A stretch of 64,000 nt of DNA from Ostreococcus lucimarinus (Eukaryota): the NCBI GenBank assembly GCA_000092065.1, contig CP000593.1; one strand, written 5' to 3'. A model generated the notes under the pieces. It worked only from the letters and a program-made list of their open reading frames with translations. It ran no database searches and had not been told where the DNA came from. Shown one piece after another: positions 19,052 through 29,431 of the stretch. How positions within the stretch are numbered: the first letter of the stretch is position 1; each line of letters starts with the position of its first letter. Position numbers and translations under genes: made by a program.

Positions 19052-21652
19052 TCACGCCGCGAGCTCTGTCGCGAGCGCGCTCAAGAGGACGTCGCACGCG
19101 TCTTTGGACGTCGTCGGCGCGCACATGAGGTAGACGACGTTACCCAGAGGACGCGCTTGGATGGAGTGGGGAAGAAGACGCATGACGACGTCTCGAGCGG
19201 CGTTGGAGCTATAACCACCTTCACCTTCGACCTCGAGCTCGACGGCGAGGACACAACCCTGACCGATGACTCGGCGAACGTTGCTCAAAGTGGAAATTTT
19301 CTTCAACGCGTCCTCGTCCCAGAGCTCGCGAAGCACCGACGTAGGCTCGCCCGTACTCGAAGACTTTGAGACGATCACGTTGCGATTTTTCGCGGGGTCT
19401 TTGTACATAGAAAGCGCTTTCGCCGCCACGGCGCATCCCATGGGGTATGCCGTGTACGAGTGCCCGTGTAACAAGCCCTGGGCTTTTCCAGGGCCGTAAA
19501 AAGCGTCGAAGACATCCGCCGTCGCGAGCGTGGCTGACATGGGAATGAGCCCACCAGTGAGAAGTTTTGCGTAGCACGAAATATCGGGTTTTTCGCCTAT
19601 GATTTCCCACGCACCTTCCGTGCCTAATCGCCAAATGCCAGCAAATACCTCGTCCAAGACGACTGGAATCTTTCGCTCGCGGCACGACTTCATGAGAATG
19701 TTTTGAAACAACGGATCAATCAAAACCATCCCACCTGCACCGTGAAGCACGGGTTCCATGATTAAAGCCCCGACGTGACCCATGTTATTATCCTTGGCGT
19801 CTTTCGCGGCGCGTTCTAAGACTTTGTCGATCGCAATTTTGTATTCTTTTGCGAGCGGGCTGTCGAGACGCGCAGCGATGTTGAAAGCCGCCTCCTTGCT
19901 AGTCCAACTGGTGTTCTCATCCACATCTTTGCCTTCGCGGAAGAGTCGATCGCCGTCGTTCAATAATCCATCACGCGGCAACGCCACGTTCCAACGTCCT
20001 TCTCTGATCGCTAAACTCGGAGGCTGAAGGAACAGTCCGCGAGGTTGGTACCAGGGCGTTTGCATTGGACCCGTAAAAACGCTCGGTGATTGCATATCCA
20101 TCGCACCGAGAGTATCACCGTGATACGAACCATCCAATGCTATTATTCGCAGCGGAGGTAAGTCATCGGCTCCTTTGTTGACGAGATCTTTCGCTCTCTG
20201 ATTGCCGTCTTTAGACACAAAGCCTGCGTCGACGTAAAACTTGCGAAAAGCCATTTTCAACCCAACCTCTGTCGCAGTCGATCCGTTGTCGGAATAAAAT
20301 GCTCTAGCTGCCCAACCTTTCCCAGGTCCTTCTAATAATGCCGTCGTCGCGTCCACGGCGGGCTGGTGCACGTTTTCTGGAAACATCGCGTGCCCGAATC
20401 GTCCCGCCGCATGCGTCGCGGTGCGAACCAACTCTTGCTGCAATTCTGGACTCAAACCTTGCGTCCACCAACTCGCTGAACCATCAAAGCGAAGTACTAT
20501 GGAGCCATCTTTCGATGAGTGCGTGTTTTGGGCGTAGATTGCGAAATCTTCACCATATCTCCCATCGATCACCGTGACGGCGTCGCGCTCCACCATCGCG
20601 TGCTGCGTAAACGGCCACCAAATCTTCGTCAGAGCCTCGTCTGGAAGACTTTGCAGAGTTTTGATGCGATCGTCGTGCCATTTTGTGATGTATTTCAGTA
20701 AATCGTCGAACGTGTGCTTTGAGTCTTCGAGCCAAGCGTCCGCTTGTCCTTCTGGGGGCAGAGGCGGAAGCGCCCAGACGCGGGTTTCGCTCGGCAAAAT
20801 CTTTGCCATGGCTTTGTGATTGGCCAAACCATCATCGTCCGCCATGACGATGGCGACGATGTCGTACCCTCTCGCGTGCAGTGATTCGTACGCGGCCGTG
20901 GTGGCAGATATCCCGCCCAAACGCCCGTCACCCACGAGTATGGCTGGCAATCGTAGCCCGCGCAAAAGCTCGCATTGCAGCGTTCCCGACGGCCCCGGAC
21001 TCGCCACCCCTCCCGCGGTTTCGACGAGCGCCAACGCTCGCTGCTGCCCCGATTCGTTCGCTCGCATTTTTTCCGCGAATTCTCTCAAATATCTCGACGT
21101 CGCTCGCACGATGTCATCGTCTAAAACGCCTCTCCCCTCCTCCGCCGCGCTCACGTGCGGCCCCGCGGGGCGTCGCCACGCAAACTCGGTGTGCGCCCAC
21201 GCCCCTCGATCGCCCTCTAATCCTTTCCTCGCCGTTTCTCCCGCCGCCACCGCCGCGTGTTCGCCCATGCTCTCCACGCCACCGCTCACGCGCGCCACGA
21301 ACGCGGCGTCTGAATCTTCTGGGAATCCCGTCTGCACGGGTTTCACGAAGAGCGTCCCCGCCTCCGCGCTCCGCGCCGCGCGCGCCAGTCCTCCCGACAC
21401 CAGCGTCTTCCCGACCGCGGTGTTCGCCCCCCACACCGCGAACGCGGCGCACGTCAGTTCGACGTCCCGCGCCGCCCGCGTCGCCAGCGCGCGGCGTCCC
21501 GCGTCCCGCTCGACCCGTCGCTCGCGCGCGCGCGGTAACCGCCGCGCCGTCGTCGTCGTCGTCGTCGTCGTCGTCGCGCCCGTCGTCGCGCCCGTCGTCG
21601 CGCCCGCGCATCGTCGCGCGAGCGCGCGCATCGCGTCGCGTCGTCCGCCTCG
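19052..21652 (-). CDS. BIO3-BIO1: bifunctional dethiobiotin synthetase / 7,8-diaminopelargonic acid aminotransferase (BIO3-BIO1 type; BioD-BioA fusion)
   Basis: The N-terminal BioD P-loop is FAVWGANTAVGKTLVSGGL...KPVQTG. The C-terminal class-III aminotransferase shows GSYHGDTLGAMD, HVGALIMEPVLHGAGGM and VVLDEVFAGIWRLG. The track ORF extends to 22021 through a low-complexity region that overlaps the divergent CSN7-like gene. Confidence 0.8.
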   Translation of the reverse strand, partial: RGGRRDAMRALARRCAGATTGATTGATTTTTTTTTARRLPRARERRVERDAGRRALATRAARDVELTCAAFAVWGANTAVGKTLVSGGLARAARSAEAGTLFVKPVQTGFPEDSDAAFVARVSGGVESMGEHAAVAAGETARKGLEGDRGAWAHTEFAWRRPAGPHVSAAEEGRGVLDDDIVRATSRYLREFAEKMRANESGQQRALALVETAGGVASPGPSGTLQCELLRGLRLPAILVGDGRLGGISATTAAYESLHARGYDIVAIVMADDDGLANHKAMAKILPSETRVWALPPLPPEGQADAWLEDSKHTFDDLLKYITKWHDDRIKTLQSLPDEALTKIWWPFTQHAMVERDAVTVIDGRYGEDFAIYAQNTHSSKDGSIVLRFDGSASWWTQGLSPELQQELVRTATHAAGRFGHAMFPENVHQPAVDATTALLEGPGKGWAARAFYSDNGSTATEVGLKMAFRKFYVDAGFVSKDGNQRAKDLVNKGADDLPPLRIIALDGSYHGDTLGAMDMQSPSVFTGPMQTPWYQPRGLFLQPPSLAIREGRWNVALPRDGLLNDGDRLFREGKDVDENTSWTSKEAAFNIAARLDSPLAKEYKIAIDKVLERAAKDAKDNNMGHVGALIMEPVLHGAGGMVLIDPLFQNILMKSCRERKIPVVLDEVFAGIWRLGTEGAWEIIGEKPDISCYAKLLTGGLIPMSATLATADVFDAFYGPGKAQGLLHGHSYTAYPMGCAVAAKALSMYKDPAKNRNVIVSKSSSTGEPTSVLRELWDEDALKKISTLSNVRRVIGQGCVLAVELEVEGEGGYSSNAARDVVMRLLPHSIQARPLGNVVYLMCAPTTSKDACDVLLSALATELAA

Positions 21653-21787
21653 CATCGCCCTCGACCGCGCCGACGTCGCGATGTGACCGCGGAGAGAAGA
21701 ATGGATGCGTGGATGGATGGATGAACAGATGGCGCGATTGGGATTCGGGGCCGATCGATCGACACTCGCGCGCGTCGTTCGCTCGCG

Positions 21788-22564
21788 ATGCGCGCCGACG
21801 ACGAGGACGATGCGATGGCGTCGATGACGCCCGACGACGGCGCGGTGACGCGGTGCGCGACGTCGATCGCGACGACGAAGACGCTCGATCGCGACGCGCT
21901 CGGCGAGGCGCTCGAGGCGCGCGACGCGATGCGCGTGACGAAGATACTGCACGCCATGGAGCGCACGGAGGGGTTCGAGTGCGCGGCGGAGGTGCGCGCG
22001 ATGGTGGAAATATTCGCGCACGGCACGCTGCGCGAATATCGCGCGCGAGCGGCAAACGAAAAGTTGCCGACGCTGACGACGCGCGAGGAGGCGAAACTGA
22101 AGCGACTGTCGACGTGCGCGCTGTGCGCGGAGGGAGGGACGATCGCGTACGTACGATTGATGCGAGAGCTGGAGTTCACGAGCGAACGCGCGATGGAAAA
22201 GTTCATCGTCGACGAGTGCCTGGGAGAAATCGTGTGGGGAAGGCTCGATCCGAAAAATAAAGTTTTACGGGTTCGACGCGCGAAGGCGAGAGACGCGCGA
22301 GCGAGCGCGCTCGACGGCGTCATCGCGGACGTCTCGCGGTGGCACGCGATAACGGAAACGATGTTGGCGAGTTTGAATGAGCAAATTGCGTACGTGTCGA
22401 GTGAAAAAGCGGAATCACTGGCGCGCGAGGACGAGCTCAACGCCGCGATAGAGGAGACGAAGAAACAACTCAAAGCCGCCGAGCCGGACGTCGCCGAGCG
22501 CGTCGACGAGGACGAGGACATGGACGAGGACGGTCCGAGCACGGGCGTGAAACGAAGACGATAG
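21788..22564 (+). CDS. PCI-domain protein, COP9 signalosome subunit 7 (CSN7)-like
   Basis: LTTREEAKLKRLSTCALCAEGGTIAYVRLMRELEFTSERAMEKFIVDECLGEIVWGRLDPKNKVLRV fits the CSN7 PCI core, with an acidic tail. Confidence 0.5.
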   Translation: MRADDEDDAMASMTPDDGAVTRCATSIATTKTLDRDALGEALEARDAMRVTKILHAMERTEGFECAAEVRAMVEIFAHGTLREYRARAANEKLPTLTTREEAKLKRLSTCALCAEGGTIAYVRLMRELEFTSERAMEKFIVDECLGEIVWGRLDPKNKVLRVRRAKARDARASALDGVIADVSRWHAITETMLASLNEQIAYVSSEKAESLAREDELNAAIEETKKQLKAAEPDVAERVDEDEDMDEDGPSTGVKRRR

Positions 22565-22712
22565 CTACGTCACGATTAGATGCGGCGCGATGATGTGTAA
22601 TTTTAGTTGAATGCGCGTTTAGGAATTTGGTTTGAGCAGGCGTTGCTTCGTTCAATTACACAGTCTCGCTATTTGCTAAGAACGTGAACGAAAGCCAGTA
22701 AGCGTGAGCCGC

Positions 22713-23986
22713 TTACATCATGCCGGTGCCCACGGAACCGACCGACCAAACGCGAATGACGTTATCGGTGTAGCCCGTGTAGAGGGTGGAACCGTCCGCC
22801 GACCATTGGAGGGAGGTGCAGTACGGTTGTTGGGACTTCTTGCCAACCGGCGGGAACTCCGGGCGGAGCTCGTCGACGATGGACTTGGATTCGAGGTCCC
22901 AAATCTTGACGCAGGACTCGGTCGCCGCGCACAACCAGTAGCGGTTGGGGGAGAAGCACAAGCCGTAAATGATGTCACCCGCATCGAGGGAGTACAATCG
23001 CTTGCCCTCGCCGAGATCCCAAAGCATGGCGACGCCATCCTTGCCGCCGGAGGCGCACAAGGAACCGTCCGGAGAGACGGTGACGGCGTTGATGTAGCCG
23101 GTGTGACCAACAAGGTTGGTGCGAATCTTGCAGTTGGTGAGGTTCCAGACCTTGACGAGCTTATCCCAGCCCCCAGACACGATGATCGGGTTGGAGGTGA
23201 CCGGGGAGAAGCGCACGCACGACACCCACTCGGAGTGCGCGTCGGCGTCTTGAATCGTGTACTTGCACTCGCCGAGCGTGTTCCACAACTTGATCGTCTT
23301 ATCCCGGGAGCCGGAGACGATTTGGCGGTTGTCCACGGAGAAAGCCACCGAAAGGACATCCTTGGTGTGTCCGACAAAGCGTCGGGTGGTGGTACCGGTG
23401 TTAAGGTCCCACAATCGAAGGGTGCCGTCCCAAGACCCCGAGAGCGCGAATTGCCCGTCCGAGGAGATGACGACGTCTTGCACGAAGTGCGAGTGTCCGT
23501 GAAGCGATCGGCGCGGGTAACCGTAGTTCTCTTCCTCGCGCGTCAGGTTCCAAAGGATCACCGTCTTGTCTCGCGAGGACGACAAGAGAATGTCAGAGTT
23601 ATCCAACGGAGTCGCGATGGACGTGACCCAGTTTTCGTGCCTGCGCGGAAATGAAAAAAACGTGTGGGTTAGTGTCGTCGTTCGACGTCGTGATCGAGCT
23701 CGTCGAGCTCGAGTCCGTTTCGCGTGAACGGTCACGCGCTCGAGACGACGCGCGTTCGACGCGTGAAATAATCATCGCACGAACGCGTCGCCGTCGTCGC
23801 GCGTCCCATCGCCGCGCGCCGCCGCCGCGAGCGTCAACGTCCGCCTCGTTCGATGGCGCAGACCCTATTCCACGAACGATCGGTTCGCCGCGCGTTCGCC
23901 GTCGACGCGACGCGACGCGCGCTCGGATCATCGATTCGCGCGACGCACCCCTTGAGCACGCCTCTGAGCTGCATTTGAGTCGCCAT
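22713..23986 (-). CDS. RACK1: RACK1 / G-protein beta-like WD40 protein, encoded in two exons (23986..23949 and 23640..22713)
   Basis: The exon-2 translation (G)[30 protein letters not shown]...[12 protein letters not shown] is near-identical to algal RACK1 (Cblp). Exon 1 on the minus strand encodes [13 protein letters not shown], ends in a GTGCGT donor, and joins in frame to the acceptor ttttcatttccgcgcag. The track ORF 22713..23735 carries a spurious N-terminus. Confidence 0.9.
23641..23948 (-). other. spliceosomal intron of RACK1 (308 nt; donor GTGCGT, acceptor pyrimidine tract + CAG)
   Basis: Splicing is needed to join the conserved [13 protein letters not shown] exon to the body of the gene in frame. 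The junction codon GG|G encodes the conserved Gly. Confidence 0.8.
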
Positions 23987-24124
23987 GTCGCGCGTCGAAC
24001 GCGTCGCGTAGAGGCGGACGTCGTCGCGCGCGCCATCCACCCGGTCGCGCGCGCGGGTGATTGTGATGGTCCGTGTGTTTGACACCGCGGGCGGTCTCAC
24101 GACGTCCCGACGCGCGCGGTCGTT

Positions 24125-24127
24125 TCA

Positions 24128-24178
<51 letters not shown>
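24125..24178. repeat. (GAC)17-18 trinucleotide microsatellite about 130 bp upstream of the ADA2 start codon
   Basis: A run of gac repeats read directly from the sequence. Confidence 0.9.
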
Positions 24179-24180
<2 letters not shown>

Positions 24181-24307
24181 GCGCGAGTCGCGCGTGAACG
24201 CACGCGAGTGAGCGCGCGCACGACCGTCGAGGACGCGCGCGACGGGAACGCGGACGCGGAGGTAACGCGACGCATCGGCATCGGCGTTCGGCATCGCATT
24301 CGGCGCC

Positions 24308-25954
24308 ATGGCGAGCGCGCTCGTGCCGAAACGGCGACGGGTGGCGACGGAAAACGCGATGACGAAGCTGAGTGGGAACGGGGAGTCGTGCGCACTGTTT
24401 AACTGTAACTATTGCCAAAAGGACATCTCGAACGTGGTGCGCGTACGGTGCGCGGAGTGCGCAAACGTGGATCTGTGCACGGAGTGCTTCGCGGTCGGCG
24501 TGGAGCCGCACCCGCACAAGGCGTATCATCAGTATCACGTCATCGACAACATGTCGTTTCCGCTGTTCACGCGAGATTGGGGGGCTGACGAAGAGTTGTT
24601 ATTGCTGGAGGCAGTGGAGATGTTCGGGTTGGGGAACTGGACCGAGGTGAGCGAACACGTCGGGACGAAGACGCGCGCGCAGTGTCACGCGCACTATTTT
24701 GAAGTCTACGTCAAGTCTCCTTGCGCGCCGTTACCGGATATGTCGAAGATTTTAGGAAAAGGCGTCGCGCGTATGACATCAGACGAGCTCAAAGCGGAGG
24801 CGGAGCAAAAGGCGAACGAAAATAAGGATGTGGAGGAGGAGGAGAAGCTTCTCGAATCGCTTGCTAACCCGAACGCAGTGAAGACGGAGGGCAACGTGCA
24901 GGAACTCACAGGTTACAACATCAAGCGCAATGAGTTCGATCCCGAATACGACATGGATGCCGAACTTCCCCTGGCGGAGATGGAATTTCGCGAAAACGAC
25001 ACCGAAGAAGACGTCCAGATGAAGCTGCGAATGATTGAAATCTACAACAGCCGGCTTCAAGAACGAGCGAGAAGAAAACAATTCATTCTCGAACGCAATC
25101 TGCTGAACGTGAAAAAGCAACAAAACGTGGAAAAGAAGCGTTCACAATACGAGCGCGACTTACACGGCACCATGCGTATATTTGCACGCTTTCTCACGAG
25201 TACCGAGTACGACGTCTTGCTCGAGGGTCTCGCCGCGGAGCACCGAATCCGAACCCGCATCACCGAACTGAAAGAGTACAGACGCAATGGTATTCATACC
25301 ATCGCAGAGGGCGAGGATTACGATTTGGAGAAGCGTCGTCGTGAGACGGAGTTCGCTCGTCTACACGCGATCGAGCATCCAACTAGCAAGAACATAGCCA
25401 GAGCGAACAAGTTCATCGTGCGAGATGCCACACAAATCAATGAGCAGTTGACTCGCATGAACGACGAAGACAAGACGGTATCCGTGATCCCGACGCCTCG
25501 TACGTCGAGCTTAGGTCCTCGCCGTCGAATGTACTTGTCACTTGATCTCGCCGATCTTCCAGGCGTAGACCTTTTGAACGACGACGAAAAGGAGTTGTGC
25601 AGGAGCTGTCGCTTATTGCCTGTGCAGTATCTCTCGATGAAGGTGGAGTTGATGCGAGAGGGTCTCAAGTCCGAAAAGCCGCTCAACAGAAATCACGTTC
25701 GGAATATGTTCAAAGTAGACCCACTCAAGGCTATTCGTGTGTATGAGTTACTCCTACAGCACGGCTGGGTGTTGGAAGACGGCTTCGTGAACCCAGGTGA
25801 GGATGAAGACTCCGAACCTGCGCCGAAAAAGTCAGCCAGCGCAGACGAGGAGGAAGACGAGGAGGACGATGAAGTAGATTACGAAACCGACGATAACGAC
25901 GAAGACGAGGACGAGGAAGACGACGAGGAAGAGGATAGCGAGGAAGACGATTAG
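24308..25954 (+). CDS. ADA2: transcriptional adaptor ADA2 (SAGA/ADA complex)
   Basis: ZZ zinc finger CNYCQKDISNVVRVRCAECANVDLCTECFAVGVEPHPH. SANT/Myb domain WGADEELLLLEAVEMFGLGNWTEVSEHVGTKTRAQCHAHY. A C-terminal SWIRM-like region and an acidic tail. Confidence 0.85.
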   Translation: MASALVPKRRRVATENAMTKLSGNGESCALFNCNYCQKDISNVVRVRCAECANVDLCTECFAVGVEPHPHKAYHQYHVIDNMSFPLFTRDWGADEELLLLEAVEMFGLGNWTEVSEHVGTKTRAQCHAHYFEVYVKSPCAPLPDMSKILGKGVARMTSDELKAEAEQKANENKDVEEEEKLLESLANPNAVKTEGNVQELTGYNIKRNEFDPEYDMDAELPLAEMEFRENDTEEDVQMKLRMIEIYNSRLQERARRKQFILERNLLNVKKQQNVEKKRSQYERDLHGTMRIFARFLTSTEYDVLLEGLAAEHRIRTRITELKEYRRNGIHTIAEGEDYDLEKRRRETEFARLHAIEHPTSKNIARANKFIVRDATQINEQLTRMNDEDKTVSVIPTPRTSSLGPRRRMYLSLDLADLPGVDLLNDDEKELCRSCRLLPVQYLSMKVELMREGLKSEKPLNRNHVRNMFKVDPLKAIRVYELLLQHGWVLEDGFVNPGEDEDSEPAPKKSASADEEEDEEDDEVDYETDDNDEDEDEEDDEEEDSEEDD

Positions 25955-26072
25955 CATGAGACGTTTTCTCCTCATTAGATTTTACAGTGCTGTAGTGACA
26001 TATGACGGGAGTCATTTATTATTAATTTTTTCCCCAGCGTAGAAGCGATCGCCCCGTGCTGCCTGTCGTCTA

Positions 26073-27447
26073 CTACGTGAATTTCACTCTGTTTTGAGGG
26101 TCCATGCTTTCTTTGATTCCACGATACACCAATCCAAGCGAACGGCCTGCGTTAGAGAGAGTAAGTCGATGCACAAAATAATTAATTTCAAACGCACCAA
26201 TTAATGTCACCAGTAACCAAGAAGCCACCCGGCTGCAGTTGTTCAGTGCGCTTCTGAACAAGGGAAGGCTCACATCAGCGAGTTCTATTATCATAGAAAC
26301 AGCTAAACGAAATCCCTTCACCTTTGCGAGCTCTGGCTGGCGACAAACGTGAATTTTCCTCGTCACGAGCTGTGTGAAAAATAATTAATTTCAGCGACAA
26401 ATTAAAAAATTAATTCAAACGCGCCGTCGCGCGGAGATACGTACCTCGCCGTTTGCATTCATGCCCCACAATTTATGCCAATCTTCGTACATCGCGACCA
26501 CGTCGTAATAATTGCGTGCAAGCCACGTGCGCAATGATGTTTCATTTCGAAATTTTTCCAACGAACGTGTGCTCTTCAAGCGAACGCTCAACGCGTCTCT
26601 GAACGGTGGAATGCGCACGACCGCTCCTGTGTCCTCCGTACGTGCGACTCCACCATTTACAGGCGCTTGTAGCCCGCTTTCACGCGCACACGTCACGTAA
26701 GCACACGCCACGGAGTCGGCAATATTTAATACCACGTCCTGCAAAACCGAAACGCACACCGAAGCCATAGGAGAATTGAAGAATTCCAGCACCGGTTCGA
26801 CGTCTTGAGTGTTAATTTTCGTCGATTTCTCAACGACTTGAACGCTTTCGGAAATATTGTCCGTTCGATTGGAGTTCTGCGATGATTGAAATAATTCAGA
26901 ATAATTAAATAAATATTTGTGAAGCTCAGCGAAAGTTAGACGTACCTTGGCCAAATACATCATCACTCCGGCATACAAAGCCATCTTACTTCCTTCAAGT
27001 ATTTCTCCTGTGAAAAACGCGATCAGCTCGGTCGAAGACGAAAGCGAGATCATACGTACCGTTCTGCCAAATTTTTTCATCGGCCACGTCTCCGGCCACG
27101 CGAACCACCCGAGCGCACCGCTCCTTGGCGCCGATGTCAAGCGCCATCGAATTCATCCAATCATTCGCGGAGACCCTAGCCACTGTTTGAATGAGTTCAC
27201 GCAAGCTTCCGTTGCTCTCTTCTATGTTCTCGAGCCCTTCTTTAAGCGCCAAGAGCACCACCCCTATGAGTTGTGCCCTGGCGCCGTCGTTGAGCGCCTG
27301 CAATTCAAGTTGCGGGGACGTGCCTTCTACCCCGCGTGAGTCCCACCAACCAATCGCTACGACGTCGCCTCCGACACCAGCTAACCCTTGACCCGCGGCG
27401 TGGAATATATCATCTCTTCCCGCGTCGGGCTTAAGCAAACTCTCCAC
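26073..27447 (-). CDS. multi-exon gene of unknown function. Approximate exons are 27447..27060, 27007..26946, 26876..26445, 26369..26190 and 26136..26073, separated by short AT-rich introns
   Basis: Track ORFs in three frames can be joined only by splicing. On the minus strand the donors are GTACGT/GTGCGT and the acceptors are ttttcacag, caatcatcgcag, ttttcacacag and ctaacgcag. The 52-nt intron at about 27008..27059 is required to keep the frame. Further upstream exons, to about 28000, are likely. Confidence 0.4.
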
Positions 27448-28262
27448 GCGCGCCTGGGTGAGCTCTGCGGCTCGCGTTCTCGAGTTTGTCTTCGCGGCGT
27501 CTAACGACTCGTTTTCCCGCTCGATTTCGACAGTATCGTCGTGTCCAAGCAGTATTGGTAACGCCTTCGATGCCTACGAATGAAAATAAATCGGTCAGCC
27601 TCAATCTTCGTCGCGTTTGCGCTCGTTTGCTTCACCGAGAGCGTGCGGCGAGAGGCAACAAAACCACTCTTGACATCGCTCTGTCGGCGCGCACCGATCG
27701 ATTTTAGGTCCGAATCTCGCGCTTGTCGATAACGTACCCTTTGAACGAACGTCTCCAACCCGTTTCTCGCCGCGTCGACGAGATCGACGCCGATTTGCGC
27801 CCGTCGAACCGTTTCTAACCTGCTCCCGCCGCGACGCCCACGCCATCCTCGGCGCGCCGTCGGTGCGCTCGCGAGCGATCGCGACGACGTCGAAACCGAG
27901 AGCATGTTCGTGTGGACGCTTTCGCAAATTTCGCCGCGCGCTGTGACGCGCGCGCGGTCTCGCGCTCTGGTTCGGCGCTTCAACGGTCGCCACGAACGTC
28001 GCTTCGTTCGCGCGCGCGGCGCGCGGGGGCCGACGCGGCGTTTATCGCGCGCGTACCGTGTTTGCAGATAGTTCTAAATTGTCTTTGAGTGCGTGATTTT
28101 TCGACGACGATTTCGTAGGGTTGCGCGCCCTCGAGACGCCCACGAAATCGCTCGACGCGCGTTCGTTTTGGCGTTCGTTCGTTCGAAATCGACTCGACGC
28201 GCGTCCACGTCGACCGCGCGCGTGATCGGCGGTGCGCCCGCAGACGGACGCGCGCGGCGCGC

Positions 28263-29312
28263 GTGCGGACGAATATCATGCACGTCACCAACGTCGGCGG
28301 TTCGTTAACCACCGCCGTGTGTCTGTCTCTCATCGCCTGGTCCGTGCGCGTCTTGCGAAGCGCCAAGCACAGAGATCGAGCGAGACAGCGAACGACGTCG
28401 AGCTCGCAACCGACGGTGAAATTGAACAAACAGACGTACGGGGTGCTGAGTGCGAAAGCGTTTTGGATGTTGGTTCAAACGAAACCGGTGAAATACTTGC
28501 TATTAGACGTCAGACCGAAGAGCGAGGACGGGGGGGCGACGGCGGTGACGAAGCTGAGCGACAGACTCGCCGTGACGCACATCTTACCGGAAGAGTTGGC
28601 GAACTTGTTGCGCAATCGTAACACACTGTGGAAGAAGAGATTTCCAAACATTCCCGTGCCGAGTTTAAGGACGACGATGATTTTTGTGAGCACGCACGGG
28701 CATAGCTCGTCGCACGCCGCGGCGCTCGCGACGAGCCTGGGATTCACGCGGTGCTCCATCGTGGACGGCGGACTCGCCGCGGCGGTACCTCTAGCACACT
28801 TCGACGAACCCGCTGTGTTTTCATCAGGGAAAGATCGAGCTCTGAGCTTCGACGCGGTGTTACTTCTCCTGGAAACGGTGAGAGACGACGGCAATGCGCT
28901 GGGACTAGTGATTTTGGACATTCGAAGGTTTGACGAGCGCGCGCTTTACGGAACACTCGAGGGGTCAACGCACGTCCCGGTGGATCATCTGCCCAAAGCA
29001 GTGCATATGAACGATGAAGAGTGGGTGCGGATGTTCCGATTTCACAAGCCGACGTCGGATAATCTCATCTTGTTGCATAGCCGAAGCAGTAGTTCCGCGG
29101 CGTGGGCGAAGCAGCTGCTTTCAGACGCCGGTTTGCACAACTGCCATTCTTACGTCGACGGCGCGTATGCCGGTCCTGATGGGACTTTAAGAAGTTACGA
29201 GGCATACGAAGAGGGTGGTGCACCCCCGGAGCCGGTGAGTATCGGACAAAGTGTGACGTTTAATCGAACGAGCGCCGAGCGAGAGTTGCTCAACTTGAGA
29301 ATTCGTGTGTAG
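28263..29312 (+). CDS. tandem rhodanese-domain protein (sulfurtransferase-like)
   Basis: Two rhodanese-like modules: LLLDVRPKSE...FVSTHGHSSSHAAALATSLGFTRCSIVDGGL, and VILDIRRFDERALYGTLEGSTHVP...LILLHSRSSSSAAWAKQLLSDAGLHNCHSYVDGAY. The second has a His in place of the canonical active-site Cys. Confidence 0.55.
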   Translation: MRTNIMHVTNVGGSLTTAVCLSLIAWSVRVLRSAKHRDRARQRTTSSSQPTVKLNKQTYGVLSAKAFWMLVQTKPVKYLLLDVRPKSEDGGATAVTKLSDRLAVTHILPEELANLLRNRNTLWKKRFPNIPVPSLRTTMIFVSTHGHSSSHAAALATSLGFTRCSIVDGGLAAAVPLAHFDEPAVFSSGKDRALSFDAVLLLLETVRDDGNALGLVILDIRRFDERALYGTLEGSTHVPVDHLPKAVHMNDEEWVRMFRFHKPTSDNLILLHSRSSSSAAWAKQLLSDAGLHNCHSYVDGAYAGPDGTLRSYEAYEEGGAPPEPVSIGQSVTFNRTSAERELLNLRIRV

Positions 29313-29431
29313 TTTGTAAGTTAGAATTAGATCAAAACAATGATGAGGCGGAGGTGTAAGTATATCACAATAATCGTATTTCTGTCGTTTGCTCGTTTGA
29401 AGTCAACAAGCGCGTAAGGTAAGTTATAATT

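Noticed and set aside
20820-22260. ORFs 20820..21686+, 20881..22260+ and 21114..22055-, lying inside or around BIO3-BIO1
   Set aside because: They are antisense or low-complexity (poly-Ala/Arg/Ser) readings of a GC-rich coding and promoter region.
26190-26950. Alternative intronless reading through the 69-nt and 51-nt AT-rich segments of the 26-27 kb gene
   Set aside because: This reading was not fully rejected. Both segments are 3n long and stop-free, so read-through is possible. Splicing is favoured because of the consensus GT...AG boundaries, the AT-richness and the motif shared with an obligatory intron.
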